64,000 nucleotides of DNA from an uncultured Pelagibacteraceae bacterium (GCA_902570785.1 CACFZK010000003.1:14623-78622), one strand, 5' to 3'. Shown: positions 9,952 to 18,985, numbered from the stretch's first letter. A program made the numbers and translations. Notes: a model not told the origin generated them from the sequence alone.

Positions 9952-10764
9952 TTAAGATCTTACTTTATATCCCTTTTTATAAAGCAAATAAGACACATAC
10001 CAAAGAACAATTGCTAAGATAGTTAAATATAATGATCCAACAAATATTGATCCATCTGATTTCTCAAGGAAACCATATCTAAATCCATCAATCATGTAAA
10101 AAAATGGATTACATTTGCTTATTGTTTGAAGAAAAACTGGCAGGTTATCAATGGTGTAAAAAGTTCCTGACAAAAATGATAATGGTATGATTATAAAATT
10201 TGTTACTGTAGCCATATGATCAAATTTTTCAGCCCAAAGTCCTGCTATGACACCTACCGATCCGAGTATAAAAGATGAAATAAAAGTGTAGAAAATCACC
10301 GCAGAAAAACTTTTAATTTCTATATCAACTAAAAAATAGAATACAATTAGAGACACTAGTCCTATCATGAAACTTCTCGTTGTAGCCGCAAGAGCTACCG
10401 CAATAGTTACTTCAGATGCTGAGAGAGGTGCATATAAAATATCCACAATATTTCCTTGAATTTTTCCAATCATGAAGCTTGAAGAAGAATGCGAGAAAGC
10501 TTGTTGTATTATTTGCATTGCAATCAATCCAGGCGCGAGGAAAGTTATAAATGGATAACCAAGCATATCTGATCTGCCATCTCCGATTGCAACTGCTAAA
10601 ACTCCAAGGAATAACAAAGAAGATATTATTGGGGATAAAAGCGTTTGAATCCAAACTATAAGAAATCTTAAGACTTCTTTTTTATAAAGTGTCCAAAAAC
10701 CTATCCAATTTATTAGGCCAAATCTTCTAGCGCCAAATTTATATTTTGTTCTCATTTCAACCAT
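9952..10764 (-). CDS. ABC-2 type transporter permease (YadH/NodJ-like)
   Basis: 270 aa with about 6 predicted TM helices and an ABC-2 family look. No ATPase gene is adjacent. Confidence 0.7.
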   Translation of the reverse strand: MVEMRTKYKFGARRFGLINWIGFWTLYKKEVLRFLIVWIQTLLSPIISSLLFLGVLAVAIGDGRSDMLGYPFITFLAPGLIAMQIIQQAFSHSSSSFMIGKIQGNIVDILYAPLSASEVTIAVALAATTRSFMIGLVSLIVFYFLVDIEIKSFSAVIFYTFISSFILGSVGVIAGLWAEKFDHMATVTNFIIIPLSFLSGTFYTIDNLPVFLQTISKCNPFFYMIDGFRYGFLEKSDGSIFVGSLYLTILAIVLWYVSYLLYKKGYKVRS

Positions 10765-10899
10765 ACGTAGTCTTATAACTCCAAAAAAAAATTTCTGTGA
10801 AAAACTTTTTTTATAAACAGATTTTGAGACTAATTTGTTTCAACACTACTAGATTTTGTAATAGCTTAAAACTATAAAACAAGATGTAGTTTTCTAAAT

Positions 10900-11400
10900 A
10901 TGAGTTATTGGGACGAAACACGCGAAGCAAAATTAAAAGAGTTATGGGAAAAAGGCCATACAGCTAGTCAGATAGCTGAGGCTTTAGGCGGAACCACTAG
11001 AAACGCAGTTATTGGTAAAGCGCACAGGTTAAAGCTTGCTGGCCGTGTTCAATCTACAAAAACGCAAAAGCAAAATAAACCTGCTACGAGTGTTCAAAGT
11101 AAAGAGGAGAGAAATATAAGTAGAAGAAGTAGGTTCAAATCCTTACTTCTTGATAAAAACTTTGAACCAGAAAATCCAAAAAAATTGGAAGAATTAGATG
11201 ATAAAAATTGTAGATGGCCCATAGGTCACCCAGATGAAGAAAATTTCTATTTTTGTGGAAGATCACCAATTGAAGGTTTTTCATATTGTAAACTCCATGT
11301 TTTATACGCATTTCAGACCAGAGATCAAAAGGACGAATTGATAGATAAAGAGGATGATATTCCTGACTTCATAGAGAAGAAAGTCAAAGCTTCTAAGTAA
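10900..11400 (+). CDS. gcrA: Cell-cycle transcriptional regulator GcrA
   Basis: The N-terminus MSYWDETREAKLKELWEKGHTASQIAEALGGTTRNAVIGKAHRLKL and the C-terminal C..W.IG...F.FCG block are diagnostic of alphaproteobacterial GcrA. Confidence 0.88.
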   Translation: MSYWDETREAKLKELWEKGHTASQIAEALGGTTRNAVIGKAHRLKLAGRVQSTKTQKQNKPATSVQSKEERNISRRSRFKSLLLDKNFEPENPKKLEELDDKNCRWPIGHPDEENFYFCGRSPIEGFSYCKLHVLYAFQTRDQKDELIDKEDDIPDFIEKKVKASK

Positions 11401-11452
11401 TCCTTTAATAAAACCTTAACAATACTTTAATATAATATTCAGGAGAAAAAAT

Positions 11453-11680
11453 ATGAATGAAATAACTATAAAATATCTTAAATGGACAAGTACGTTTTTA
11501 ACTTTGTTTGGAATATTAGCATTCTATTTAGATTACTATCCTTACAGCATGATACCTCACGGACTTGGTATTATTGGATGGACAGTTGTAGGCACAGTAA
11601 CAAAGGATAAACCGCTACTTACAAACTTTGCATTGCAAATACCTATAATGTTTGCGGGTATAATAAAGTATTCGATATAG
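11453..11680 (+). CDS. Small hydrophobic membrane protein, unknown function
   Basis: 75 aa with 2-3 predicted TM segments. Good SD (AGGAG) 7 nt upstream. Stops 4 nt before arsC. Confidence 0.5.
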   Translation: MNEITIKYLKWTSTFLTLFGILAFYLDYYPYSMIPHGLGIIGWTVVGTVTKDKPLLTNFALQIPIMFAGIIKYSI

Positions 11681-11684
11681 ATTT

Positions 11685-12119
11685 ATGAGGAATATTTTGT
11701 TTGTGTGCACAGGCAATTCAGCAAGAAGTATTCTTGCAGAAGCTTTGATCAATAAAAATTATAGTTTAAAATTTAAAGCTTTTAGTGCAGGTAGCAATCC
11801 AACAGGGAAAATAAACCCTAATATAAAAAAATATTTAGAAAAAAAAAATTTCGATATATCAAATTATTCTTCAAAGAATTTTGACCAGTTTTTAAACAAT
11901 AAAATAAAAATTCATCAAGTTATAACAGTTTGTAACAATGCCCATAATGAGGTCTGTCCGGTCTGGCCTGAAAAAAAAGATATAATTCATTGGGATATTG
12001 AAGACCCAGTTGAAAAAATTAAATCTGCTACTTCTGATACAGAGATTGAAAAAGTAATTGATGAAACTTATGAAATATTATCTAATAAGATTAAAGAATG
12101 GGTCTCAAATGAAGAATAA
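11685..12119 (+). CDS. arsC: Arsenate reductase, LMW-PTP (thioredoxin-coupled) type
   Basis: 144 aa with the P-loop C-TGNSA-RS (CX5R-S) at residues 8-15 and a downstream Cys pair (VCNNAHNEVCP). Confidence 0.8.
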   Translation: MRNILFVCTGNSARSILAEALINKNYSLKFKAFSAGSNPTGKINPNIKKYLEKKNFDISNYSSKNFDQFLNNKIKIHQVITVCNNAHNEVCPVWPEKKDIIHWDIEDPVEKIKSATSDTEIEKVIDETYEILSNKIKEWVSNEE

Positions 12120-12762
12120 AATATTTGTTGGTGAATTTATAGGAAGTTGTTTTTTAGTCATGATAATTGTTGGCTCAGGTTTAATGGCTGAAAACTTAAG
12201 TAATGACGTTGCTGTGATGTTAATTGCAAACACAATAGCAACAGGAGCAGGTTTATTTGTGCTTATTACAGTATTTGCTGATGTATCAGGAGCTCACTTT
12301 AATCCATTTGTAAGTATTGCCATGACAATAACGGGAAAATTAAAAAAGAAACTGCTACCCTACTATATCATTGCTCAATTGATTGGTTGCTTGATTGGTG
12401 TTGGTTTAGCCAATTTCTTTTTTGAACATGACATTTATGAATTATCTACTAAATCAAGAGATGGAATTTACATATTCACATCTGAAGTAATAGCAACATT
12501 AGGGCTTATAATAATAATTTTTGGCTCTATGAAGTCAGGAAAAATTGCTGTTGCTGCTAGTGTTGGTCTTTATATTACAGCTGGTTACTGGTTTACTTCG
12601 TCTACTTCTTTTGCAAATCCAGCTGTTGCGATTGCTAGAACTTTTACAGAATCGTTTACTGGTATTAGTTATTTAAACACTCCTTATTATATCTTAGCTG
12701 AACTTGTAGGAATGTTAATTGCTGTATTTATTGTTAAAAAGTTATTTTTAGTGAAAAATTGA
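12109..12762 (+). CDS. MIP-family channel (aquaglyceroporin, AqpS-like)
   Basis: About 6 TM helices. First signature is GAHFNPFVSIA (NPF instead of NPA); the second is FANPAVAIAR. I prefer the start at Met18 of the track ORF (MKNKIFVGEF), which overlaps the arsC stop by 11 nt. Confidence 0.75.
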   Translation: MKNKIFVGEFIGSCFLVMIIVGSGLMAENLSNDVAVMLIANTIATGAGLFVLITVFADVSGAHFNPFVSIAMTITGKLKKKLLPYYIIAQLIGCLIGVGLANFFFEHDIYELSTKSRDGIYIFTSEVIATLGLIIIIFGSMKSGKIAVAASVGLYITAGYWFTSSTSFANPAVAIARTFTESFTGISYLNTPYYILAELVGMLIAVFIVKKLFLVKN

Positions 12763-12898
12763 AAAATACAAAACTTGCCAATCGGATAAGTTTAATTAAA
12801 AAATATTAAAAATTTGTAAACTACAGGTTGTATAAAATTAACTTTTAGATTTATGAATTCTGTGATTAAATTTATCATCTAATAATCTGGAGGTAAAA

Positions 12899-13108
12899 AT
12901 GGGAAAAAAACTAAAAAAAAATGAGAAGAAAAAAACAAAAATTTTAAAAGCAATTGATAGACTGAAAAATAAAATTAAGGCCAAAGAAAAAAAATTGTCA
13001 AAAGTTAATATTAAAATTGCTGGTTTAGAAAAAAAGGTTGCAGAAAAAAAAGCAAAAAAGCTTGCTAAGAAAAATGCAGAGAAGTCTCCTGCATCTATAA
13101 ATAATTAA
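12899..13108 (+). CDS. Small lysine-rich (about 40% K) helical protein, unknown function
   Basis: 69 aa. Strong SD (GGAGG at 12889-12893) 5 nt before the ATG, and a strong hairpin follows 15 nt after the stop. Confidence 0.55.
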   Translation: MGKKLKKNEKKKTKILKAIDRLKNKIKAKEKKLSKVNIKIAGLEKKVAEKKAKKLAKKNAEKSPASINN

Positions 13109-13122
13109 TATCAAAAAATTGT

Positions 13123-13155
13123 CTTTCTCCCTTCTCTTAAATAAGAGGGAGAAAG
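13123..13155. terminator. Bidirectional intrinsic-terminator-like hairpin
   Basis: CTTTCTCCCT (13123-13132) pairs perfectly with AGGGAGAAAG (13146-13155). An A-tract lies upstream on the + strand, which is a T-tract on the - strand. Confidence 0.6.
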
Positions 13156-13319
13156 TAGTGAATTAACAAGATTTAACGGGGATAATGATGATTTTAAACA
13201 TCAAATTTTGTTAAGACTTCTTTTAAAGAAACCAAGTAACAAAATTTTTTAATTATTATTAAAGTTTTATGAATTTAAACATTATATCTTATAAAGAGAT
13301 ATATATTTTATTTATAATG

Positions 13320-13352
13320 AAATACGCTCGATAAATTTTACCGAGCGTATTT
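13320..13352 (+). other. Stable hairpin inside the long spacer (possible terminator of an unannotated transcript)
   Basis: AATACGCTCG (13321-13330) pairs with CGAGCGTATT (13342-13351) around an 11-nt loop, followed by TTT. It is GC-rich compared with its surroundings. Confidence 0.4.
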
Positions 13353-13464
13353 TGAGGGAAATGTAATAAATTAATTAAAATAAATATTAAGGAAGTCTCA
13401 TAATTAATTAATAATATAGAAATGCTAAAAAAATATTAAAATTAAGTTAAAGATTTATTAATTT

Positions 13465-14970
13465 TCAAGAATAAATGATATTAGAGTCGACATTCATCTC
13501 TTTTGCTAAATTTTTAAGTCTTTTAGTTACTTGTTTTGAGACTATATCGCTATGATTGTTAGGTATTTTCAAAAAAATAGTCTTATTTCTTTTATAAATT
13601 TTAAATTCATCTAACAACAAAGAAGACATGCTTGTAAGTGACTCTGCTAATCTTAAAGCAGATCCCACTTGCTTTGAGGATAAAATCTCGTTATTATTTA
13701 ATAAGGATAGAAACTGATAATCCGGGTTATATTTTAAGCCACAATGTCTCCAAAAACTTGCTGATGCAACTTTTACCCTATCTTTATGTTTTAGTTTTAG
13801 TAATGGAGTATTTAACACTTCCATAAAAACTAACTCTGCTTTTTGAAAAGCTCCTAGGCCCCAATCCATTTTACTTAAGATACAAGCCAAGGTTAGTAAT
13901 CTTCGATTAAAATATTCGTTGTCTTCAAATAATGGTGAAATAAAATTAAAATATTTCTCAAAACTCTTTCCATAGTCCCCTTTTTTAAAAGATATACCAT
14001 CAGTTTTTAATTTGAAAATTTCATCCTCGCTCATTCCTTGGTTTATAATTGTATTCATATGTCCCTCTCTCAGTCCACTGATTGAGCAAATAACTTTTGA
14101 GGGGCTTGCTGCCTCAATTATTTCGTTTAGTATTATAGAGCTAAAAGGTAAATAGGGAGTTCTAGATTTAGTAATATATTCCATTGATTTCAAAGATGAT
14201 TTATTAAATTTTGAAATTCTATTTAAGTATTTTACTGCTACATCTTTTGAGAGCTTATATTGATGCAAAATATGTAATGGGTGTTTTTCTTTAAAGAGAT
14301 GATATTTAAATAATGATCTCCAAGTCCCTCCTACCAAATAAATATTTTTAAATTTTTTTTTAGAAAGCCATTTTTCATCTCTTAAAAGTTTTCTAACATA
14401 TTTTCCCAAATTTCTTTTTTTTATAATAGGATTATTTTCAAGTCTTAATACTCCAAGAGGTAAAGAGGTTGTTTCGAAAATTTGATTTTTAGAAACTCTG
14501 GCAAGTTCTAAACTTCCCCCTCCTAAATCTGCAACTAGTCCATCTACTTCATCAAATCCTACCATTACACCGTTTGCTGATGTTCTTGCTTCTTCCTCGC
14601 CAGATAATACTAGTGGTTTTTTATTAAATATTTTTTCAATTTCTCTTAAAAATTCTTTTGCATCAGTAGCCTCCCTAAAAGCTGCTGTAGCAATAATTTC
14701 TAAATCTTGAACGTCTGAAATATCTAAAATTTCTTTAAATCTATTTAAAACTTTTAAAGAACTTTTAATTCCATCAGGATTTAATTTTTTAGATTTATCT
14801 AAATTTTTTCCAAGTTTGCAGACTGCTTTTTCATTAAAAACTGGAATTGGAGAAATTTTAAAATTGTCATATATGAGCATTCTTACTGAGTTTGATCCAA
14901 GATCTATTATGGCTTGTTTAGACTTTTTATTAGACTGAAATTTAAAAAGATTTTTAAATTCTGGTTTCAT
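13465..14970 (-). CDS. ppx: Exopolyphosphatase (Ppx/GppA family)
   Basis: 501 aa with an ASKHA-fold N-terminus (IIDLGSNSVRMLIY, DLGGGSLE). Overlaps ppk by 4 nt. Confidence 0.88.
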   Translation of the reverse strand: MKPEFKNLFKFQSNKKSKQAIIDLGSNSVRMLIYDNFKISPIPVFNEKAVCKLGKNLDKSKKLNPDGIKSSLKVLNRFKEILDISDVQDLEIIATAAFREATDAKEFLREIEKIFNKKPLVLSGEEEARTSANGVMVGFDEVDGLVADLGGGSLELARVSKNQIFETTSLPLGVLRLENNPIIKKRNLGKYVRKLLRDEKWLSKKKFKNIYLVGGTWRSLFKYHLFKEKHPLHILHQYKLSKDVAVKYLNRISKFNKSSLKSMEYITKSRTPYLPFSSIILNEIIEAASPSKVICSISGLREGHMNTIINQGMSEDEIFKLKTDGISFKKGDYGKSFEKYFNFISPLFEDNEYFNRRLLTLACILSKMDWGLGAFQKAELVFMEVLNTPLLKLKHKDRVKVASASFWRHCGLKYNPDYQFLSLLNNNEILSSKQVGSALRLAESLTSMSSLLLDEFKIYKRNKTIFLKIPNNHSDIVSKQVTKRLKNLAKEMNVDSNIIYS

Positions 14971-17093
14971 TTCACCAATCTTAAATTTTGAGGTTTAGCT
15001 TTTAAAAGTGACTTACCACGACCTGATAAACTTGAGTTTTCCATAAAATAGGTATGTGCTGAAAAGCCTTTTTCTTGTTCTTTATGATAGTTTCCTAAGC
15101 TATCTAAATACCATGTTTCTGATTTATCTTTAAAGTTGGCTAACATAATTTGATCTAAAATTTGCTCATGCACAGTATTGTTTTCTATTGGAATTATAAT
15201 TTCAATTCTTCTATCTAAATTTCTAGGCATTAAATCTGCAGATGAAATATATACCTGATTCTCTCTAGAGGGCATAGAACTACCATTTGCAAAACAATAA
15301 ATTCTTGAGTGTTCTAAAAATCTGCCAATAAGGCTTTTTACTTTTATATTTTCAGATTGAGCTTTAATTCCAGGTCTTAAGCAACATACGCCTCTTACTG
15401 ATAAATTTATTTTAACGCCTGCGTTTGAAGCTTCGTAAAATTTCTTAATAATTCCAGGGTCTACAAGAGAATTCATTTTTGCCCATATTTCTGCAGGTCT
15501 TCCTTTATTTGCATTTGCAATTTCATTTTCAATTTTTTTTTCAAAGAAATTCCTACTATTTATTGGTGACATAAAGATTTTATTTAATTTTTTTGGTTTT
15601 GCATAACCAGTTACATAATTGAAAAATTTTTCAACATCTTTGGCCAGGTCTTGATTAGAGCTAAACAGTGATAAGTCAGTATAAATTTTTGCATTAATTG
15701 GATGATAGTTTCCTGTGCCTAAGTGAACATAGCTTCGCGTTTTAACTCCTTCTTTTCTTAAAACTAAACTTGCCTTTGCATGCGTTTTGTATTTTGCGAA
15801 TCCATAAACAATTTGAACGCCAGCTTTCTCTAGTTTCCTAGATAATTCAATATTAGCTTCCTCATCAAATCGAGCTTTTATTTCTACTACAGCTGTTACA
15901 ACTTTTCCGTTTTCTGCTGCTCTACTAAGTGCTTTTACAATAGGAGAGTCAGGAGTGGTTCGATACAAAGTTTGTTTGATACCGATAACTTTGGGATCTT
16001 TTGCTGCAGCTTCTAAAAATTGAATTACTACATCAAATGTTTCAAAAGGATGGTGTACAACAAAATCTTTGCTTCTTATAGCTGAAAAAAATTTATTATC
16101 AAATTCTTTCAATCTTTCAACTTCTCTAGGATTAAATTTTTTAAATCTCAGCTTTGGATCTTTCTTCTTACAAATTTCATCTATATCCTGTATTCCAACT
16201 AATCCTTCAACCTCATAAATATGATCTTCATTCATTTTAAATTTTTTTGAAATAAAATTTAAAAGTTTTTTATTTGAATTAGTAAGTACTTCAAGTTTAA
16301 CTACGTTTCCCCTTCTTCTTTTCTTTATTGCTTTTTCAAAATATCTCACAAGATCAGCGGCCTCATCGTCTATTTCGATTTCACTGTCTCTAATTATTTT
16401 AAACTGCAAACTTGCCTCAATATTATGATCTGGAAATATTTCATTGGCAAATTCACAAATTAAGTCATCAATTGTGACAAATTCATTTATTGTTTCAAAA
16501 TTGTTTAGCGATATAAATTTTGGAAGCGCTCTTGGTATAACTATAATTGCGTTTAGTTCTCTTTTTTTTTTAATTCTGCTCATTCTTAATAAAATTGCTT
16601 GGCCTTTATTCGGTATGAAAGGAAAGGGATGTGATGGGTCGATGGCAGTAGGTGTTATTATAGGATAAATTGTTTCCTGAAAATATTCTTTCAGATAAAT
16701 AAGATTCTTCTTGTTTAGTTCTGACATTTTTCGAATAAAAACTTTTTCTTTTGATAGCTCTTTTTTCAGCTCTAGGAACGCTTCGTTTTGCTTCTTTAAT
16801 AGATCTTTAGTTTTTAATACGACCCTATTCAATTGATCCTCTGCAGTTAATCCATCTGCGCTTAATTCGTCAAAACCATCTTTAATTTGATTAAAAAGTC
16901 CAGCGACTCTTACCATAAAAAATTCATCTAAATTTGTACCTGCGATTGATAAAAATTTTACTCTTTCAAATAGAGGATTTGTTTTATCTTTTGACTCTTC
17001 TAAAACACGATCATTAAACTGAAGCCAAGATAATTCTCTGTTTATGAGTTGATTGCTAATATTAGCGTTTTCTGAAAATGATGCTTTCGACAT
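14967..17093 (-). CDS. ppk: Polyphosphate kinase 1
   Basis: 708 aa with the N-terminal NRELSWLQFNDRVLEE block and PLD-like C-terminal domains. Length is typical of PPK1. Confidence 0.93.
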   Translation of the reverse strand: MSKASFSENANISNQLINRELSWLQFNDRVLEESKDKTNPLFERVKFLSIAGTNLDEFFMVRVAGLFNQIKDGFDELSADGLTAEDQLNRVVLKTKDLLKKQNEAFLELKKELSKEKVFIRKMSELNKKNLIYLKEYFQETIYPIITPTAIDPSHPFPFIPNKGQAILLRMSRIKKKRELNAIIVIPRALPKFISLNNFETINEFVTIDDLICEFANEIFPDHNIEASLQFKIIRDSEIEIDDEAADLVRYFEKAIKKRRRGNVVKLEVLTNSNKKLLNFISKKFKMNEDHIYEVEGLVGIQDIDEICKKKDPKLRFKKFNPREVERLKEFDNKFFSAIRSKDFVVHHPFETFDVVIQFLEAAAKDPKVIGIKQTLYRTTPDSPIVKALSRAAENGKVVTAVVEIKARFDEEANIELSRKLEKAGVQIVYGFAKYKTHAKASLVLRKEGVKTRSYVHLGTGNYHPINAKIYTDLSLFSSNQDLAKDVEKFFNYVTGYAKPKKLNKIFMSPINSRNFFEKKIENEIANANKGRPAEIWAKMNSLVDPGIIKKFYEASNAGVKINLSVRGVCCLRPGIKAQSENIKVKSLIGRFLEHSRIYCFANGSSMPSRENQVYISSADLMPRNLDRRIEIIIPIENNTVHEQILDQIMLANFKDKSETWYLDSLGNYHKEQEKGFSAHTYFMENSSLSGRGKSLLKAKPQNLRLVK

Positions 17094-17115
17094 ATATAAA
17101 TGTTAAATTAAAAAT

Positions 17116-17640
17116 ATGTTTAAATTATATGCGATGAGACATGCTAAATCTAGTTGGGATTTTCCAGATTTAGATGATCATGACAGGCCATTGAATAAAA
17201 GGGGAGTAAATTCAGCAAAATTAATTTGTGAATTTTTTATTAAAAAGAAATTAAAATTTGATTTAGTTTATTGCTCATCCTCTAAAAGGACAATGCAAAC
17301 ATTAGATATATTGTCAGAAAAAATCAGTTTTAAAAAAATTATTAAAAAAAAGGCGCTTTATCACGCTAGTGAGGATGAAATTATTCGTATCTTAAAACAA
17401 ACAGGTGATAATTATAAAACTTTACTTTTAATCAATCATGAACCTTCAATGAGTGAACTAATAAATCGAATCTGTCTTAAAGAAAATTCTGATCAATTTG
17501 AAAATTTAAAAAGAAAATTTCCTACTGCAGCCGTTGCCGAAGTAAACTTTAATTTCAATGATTGGGAGAGGTTATCAAAAGTTAAAGGAAAATTAATTTC
17601 ATTTATAAAGCCAAAAGATCTTCAGGCATCTAAGGAGTAA
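17116..17640 (+). CDS. sixA: Histidine phosphatase superfamily protein (SixA-like phosphohistidine phosphatase)
   Basis: 174 aa with the RHA catalytic motif at residues 8-10 (LYAMRHAKS) and a later H (INHEP). Size is typical of SixA. Confidence 0.7.
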   Translation: MFKLYAMRHAKSSWDFPDLDDHDRPLNKRGVNSAKLICEFFIKKKLKFDLVYCSSSKRTMQTLDILSEKISFKKIIKKKALYHASEDEIIRILKQTGDNYKTLLLINHEPSMSELINRICLKENSDQFENLKRKFPTAAVAEVNFNFNDWERLSKVKGKLISFIKPKDLQASKE

Positions 17641-18305
17641 CCGGCAGATCTAACTGTTCTGATAAGATCTTTCTTGCCATCAATATTTATTGCTTTTCTT
17701 AGTCTTCTAATATGAACATCTATAGTTCTGGACTCCACATAAATATCATCTCCCCATACAGAATTTAAAAGTTGCTCACGCGAATATACTCTTTTTGGAT
17801 TCTTTATTAAAAAATCAATTAGTTTAAATTCTGTAGGACCAACTATAACTTGCTTATCTGCTCTATAAACTCTTCGTTGAACTCTATCTACTTTTAGATC
17901 CTCAAATACTACAACATCAGCGGCAACACTTGGTTTAGATCTCTTTAGCAAAGCGTTAACTCTTGCAATAAGTTCTTTTTGGCTGAATGGCTTAGTTACG
18001 TAGTCATCTGCTCCTGTTTCAAATCCTTTTAGTTTGTCTTCTTCTTCACCTTTGGCTGTTAACATAATGATTGGGATATTTTTGTGAAGATTGCTTCTTT
18101 TCAAATTTTTACAGACTTCAACACCTGAGATATCTGGCAACATCCAATCTAATAAAATTAAATCAGGATTTTTCTCCTTTATATTTCTAATAGCTTCTTC
18201 TCCATTGACTGCATAATCAACTTTGTGACCCTCTTTTTCTAAATTGTATTTAAGCAAAGTTACGATGGGCATTTCATCTTCAACTATGAATAAATTTGCC
18301 CTCAT
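17622..18305 (-). CDS. phoB: Phosphate regulon response regulator PhoB
   Basis: 227 aa with a receiver domain (DLILLDWMLPD, K in TAKG) and an OmpR-type winged-helix domain. Sits next to phoU-pstBAC. Confidence 0.92.
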   Translation of the reverse strand: MRANLFIVEDEMPIVTLLKYNLEKEGHKVDYAVNGEEAIRNIKEKNPDLILLDWMLPDISGVEVCKNLKRSNLHKNIPIIMLTAKGEEEDKLKGFETGADDYVTKPFSQKELIARVNALLKRSKPSVAADVVVFEDLKVDRVQRRVYRADKQVIVGPTEFKLIDFLIKNPKRVYSREQLLNSVWGDDIYVESRTIDVHIRRLRKAINIDGKKDLIRTVRSAGYSLDA

Positions 18306-18985
18306 TATCCCTTTGGTCGGTCTCCCTCTAAATAATCTCCTGTAATCAGAAAATAAACTTGCTCTGCAATATTAGTTGCATGATCTCCAATCCTCTCTAT
18401 ATTTTTAAGCATGAAAAGTAGTTGGGTTATTTTTTGTATATCGTTTTTATTTTTTTCTAAATGCTTTACTGCAGCTTCCATATTAGCATTAGTCATTTGA
18501 TCTATTTCTTCATCAGAATTCCAAACATTTTCTGCTGTATCTTTAGCTCTATGTAAATACGAATTTAAAACTGCATTAACTTGTTTTGATGCTTTTAGAC
18601 CAGCTATTTCGAAATTTTTAGTTATATCATTAGGTAAATCGGTTCCAATTTTACTTAATCGTTTTGAGATGTTTTTTGCTAAATCACCAATTCTCTCTAA
18701 GTCTGAAGAAACTTTTAAAGCAACAACTGTTTCTCTTAAATCTATTGCCATAGGTTGCCTTAAGGCAATCAAATTTACAACTTGCTCTTCTATATTTATT
18801 TCATATTTATCAGTCAATTCGTCATCTTTGATAGATTTTTCTGCTAAGTTAATGTCTTTTTTAACTAAAGATTGAATAGCGTTTTCTAGCTGTTTCTCAA
18901 CACCCGTTCCCATTTTCACTATTGTATCTTTTAATAACTGAAGTTGCTCTTCGTAAGATTTTACAATGTGCGGTTTTTCACTCAT
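18305..18985 (-). CDS. phoU: Phosphate signalling complex protein PhoU
   Basis: 226 aa with two PhoU repeats, each carrying E(R/x)IGD (LERIGDLA, IERIGDHA). Confidence 0.92.
   Translation of the reverse strand: MSEKPHIVKSYEEQLQLLKDTIVKMGTGVEKQLENAIQSLVKKDINLAEKSIKDDELTDKYEINIEEQVVNLIALRQPMAIDLRETVVALKVSSDLERIGDLAKNISKRLSKIGTDLPNDITKNFEIAGLKASKQVNAVLNSYLHRAKDTAENVWNSDEEIDQMTNANMEAAVKHLEKNKNDIQKITQLLFMLKNIERIGDHATNIAEQVYFLITGDYLEGDRPKG

Noticed and set aside
12058-12108. Upstream start of the MIP channel ORF (MMKLMKYYLIRLKNGSQ...), which overlaps arsC by 62 nt.
   Set aside because: The extra 17 residues are just the out-of-frame reading of the arsC 3' end. The MIP homology starts at MKNKIFVGEF, so I use 12109 as the start.
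13177-13298. DnaA-box-like CGGGGATAA (13177-13185) and a dif-like AT palindromic stretch (ATTTAAACATTATATCTTATAAAG, 13272-13295) in the long spacer. These hinted at an origin or terminus function.
   Set aside because: There is only one weak DnaA-like box (7/9). The dif comparison gives about 8/11 for one arm and about 5/11 for the other. The flanking gene orientation switches are local only, because an opposite switch occurs 14 kb away.
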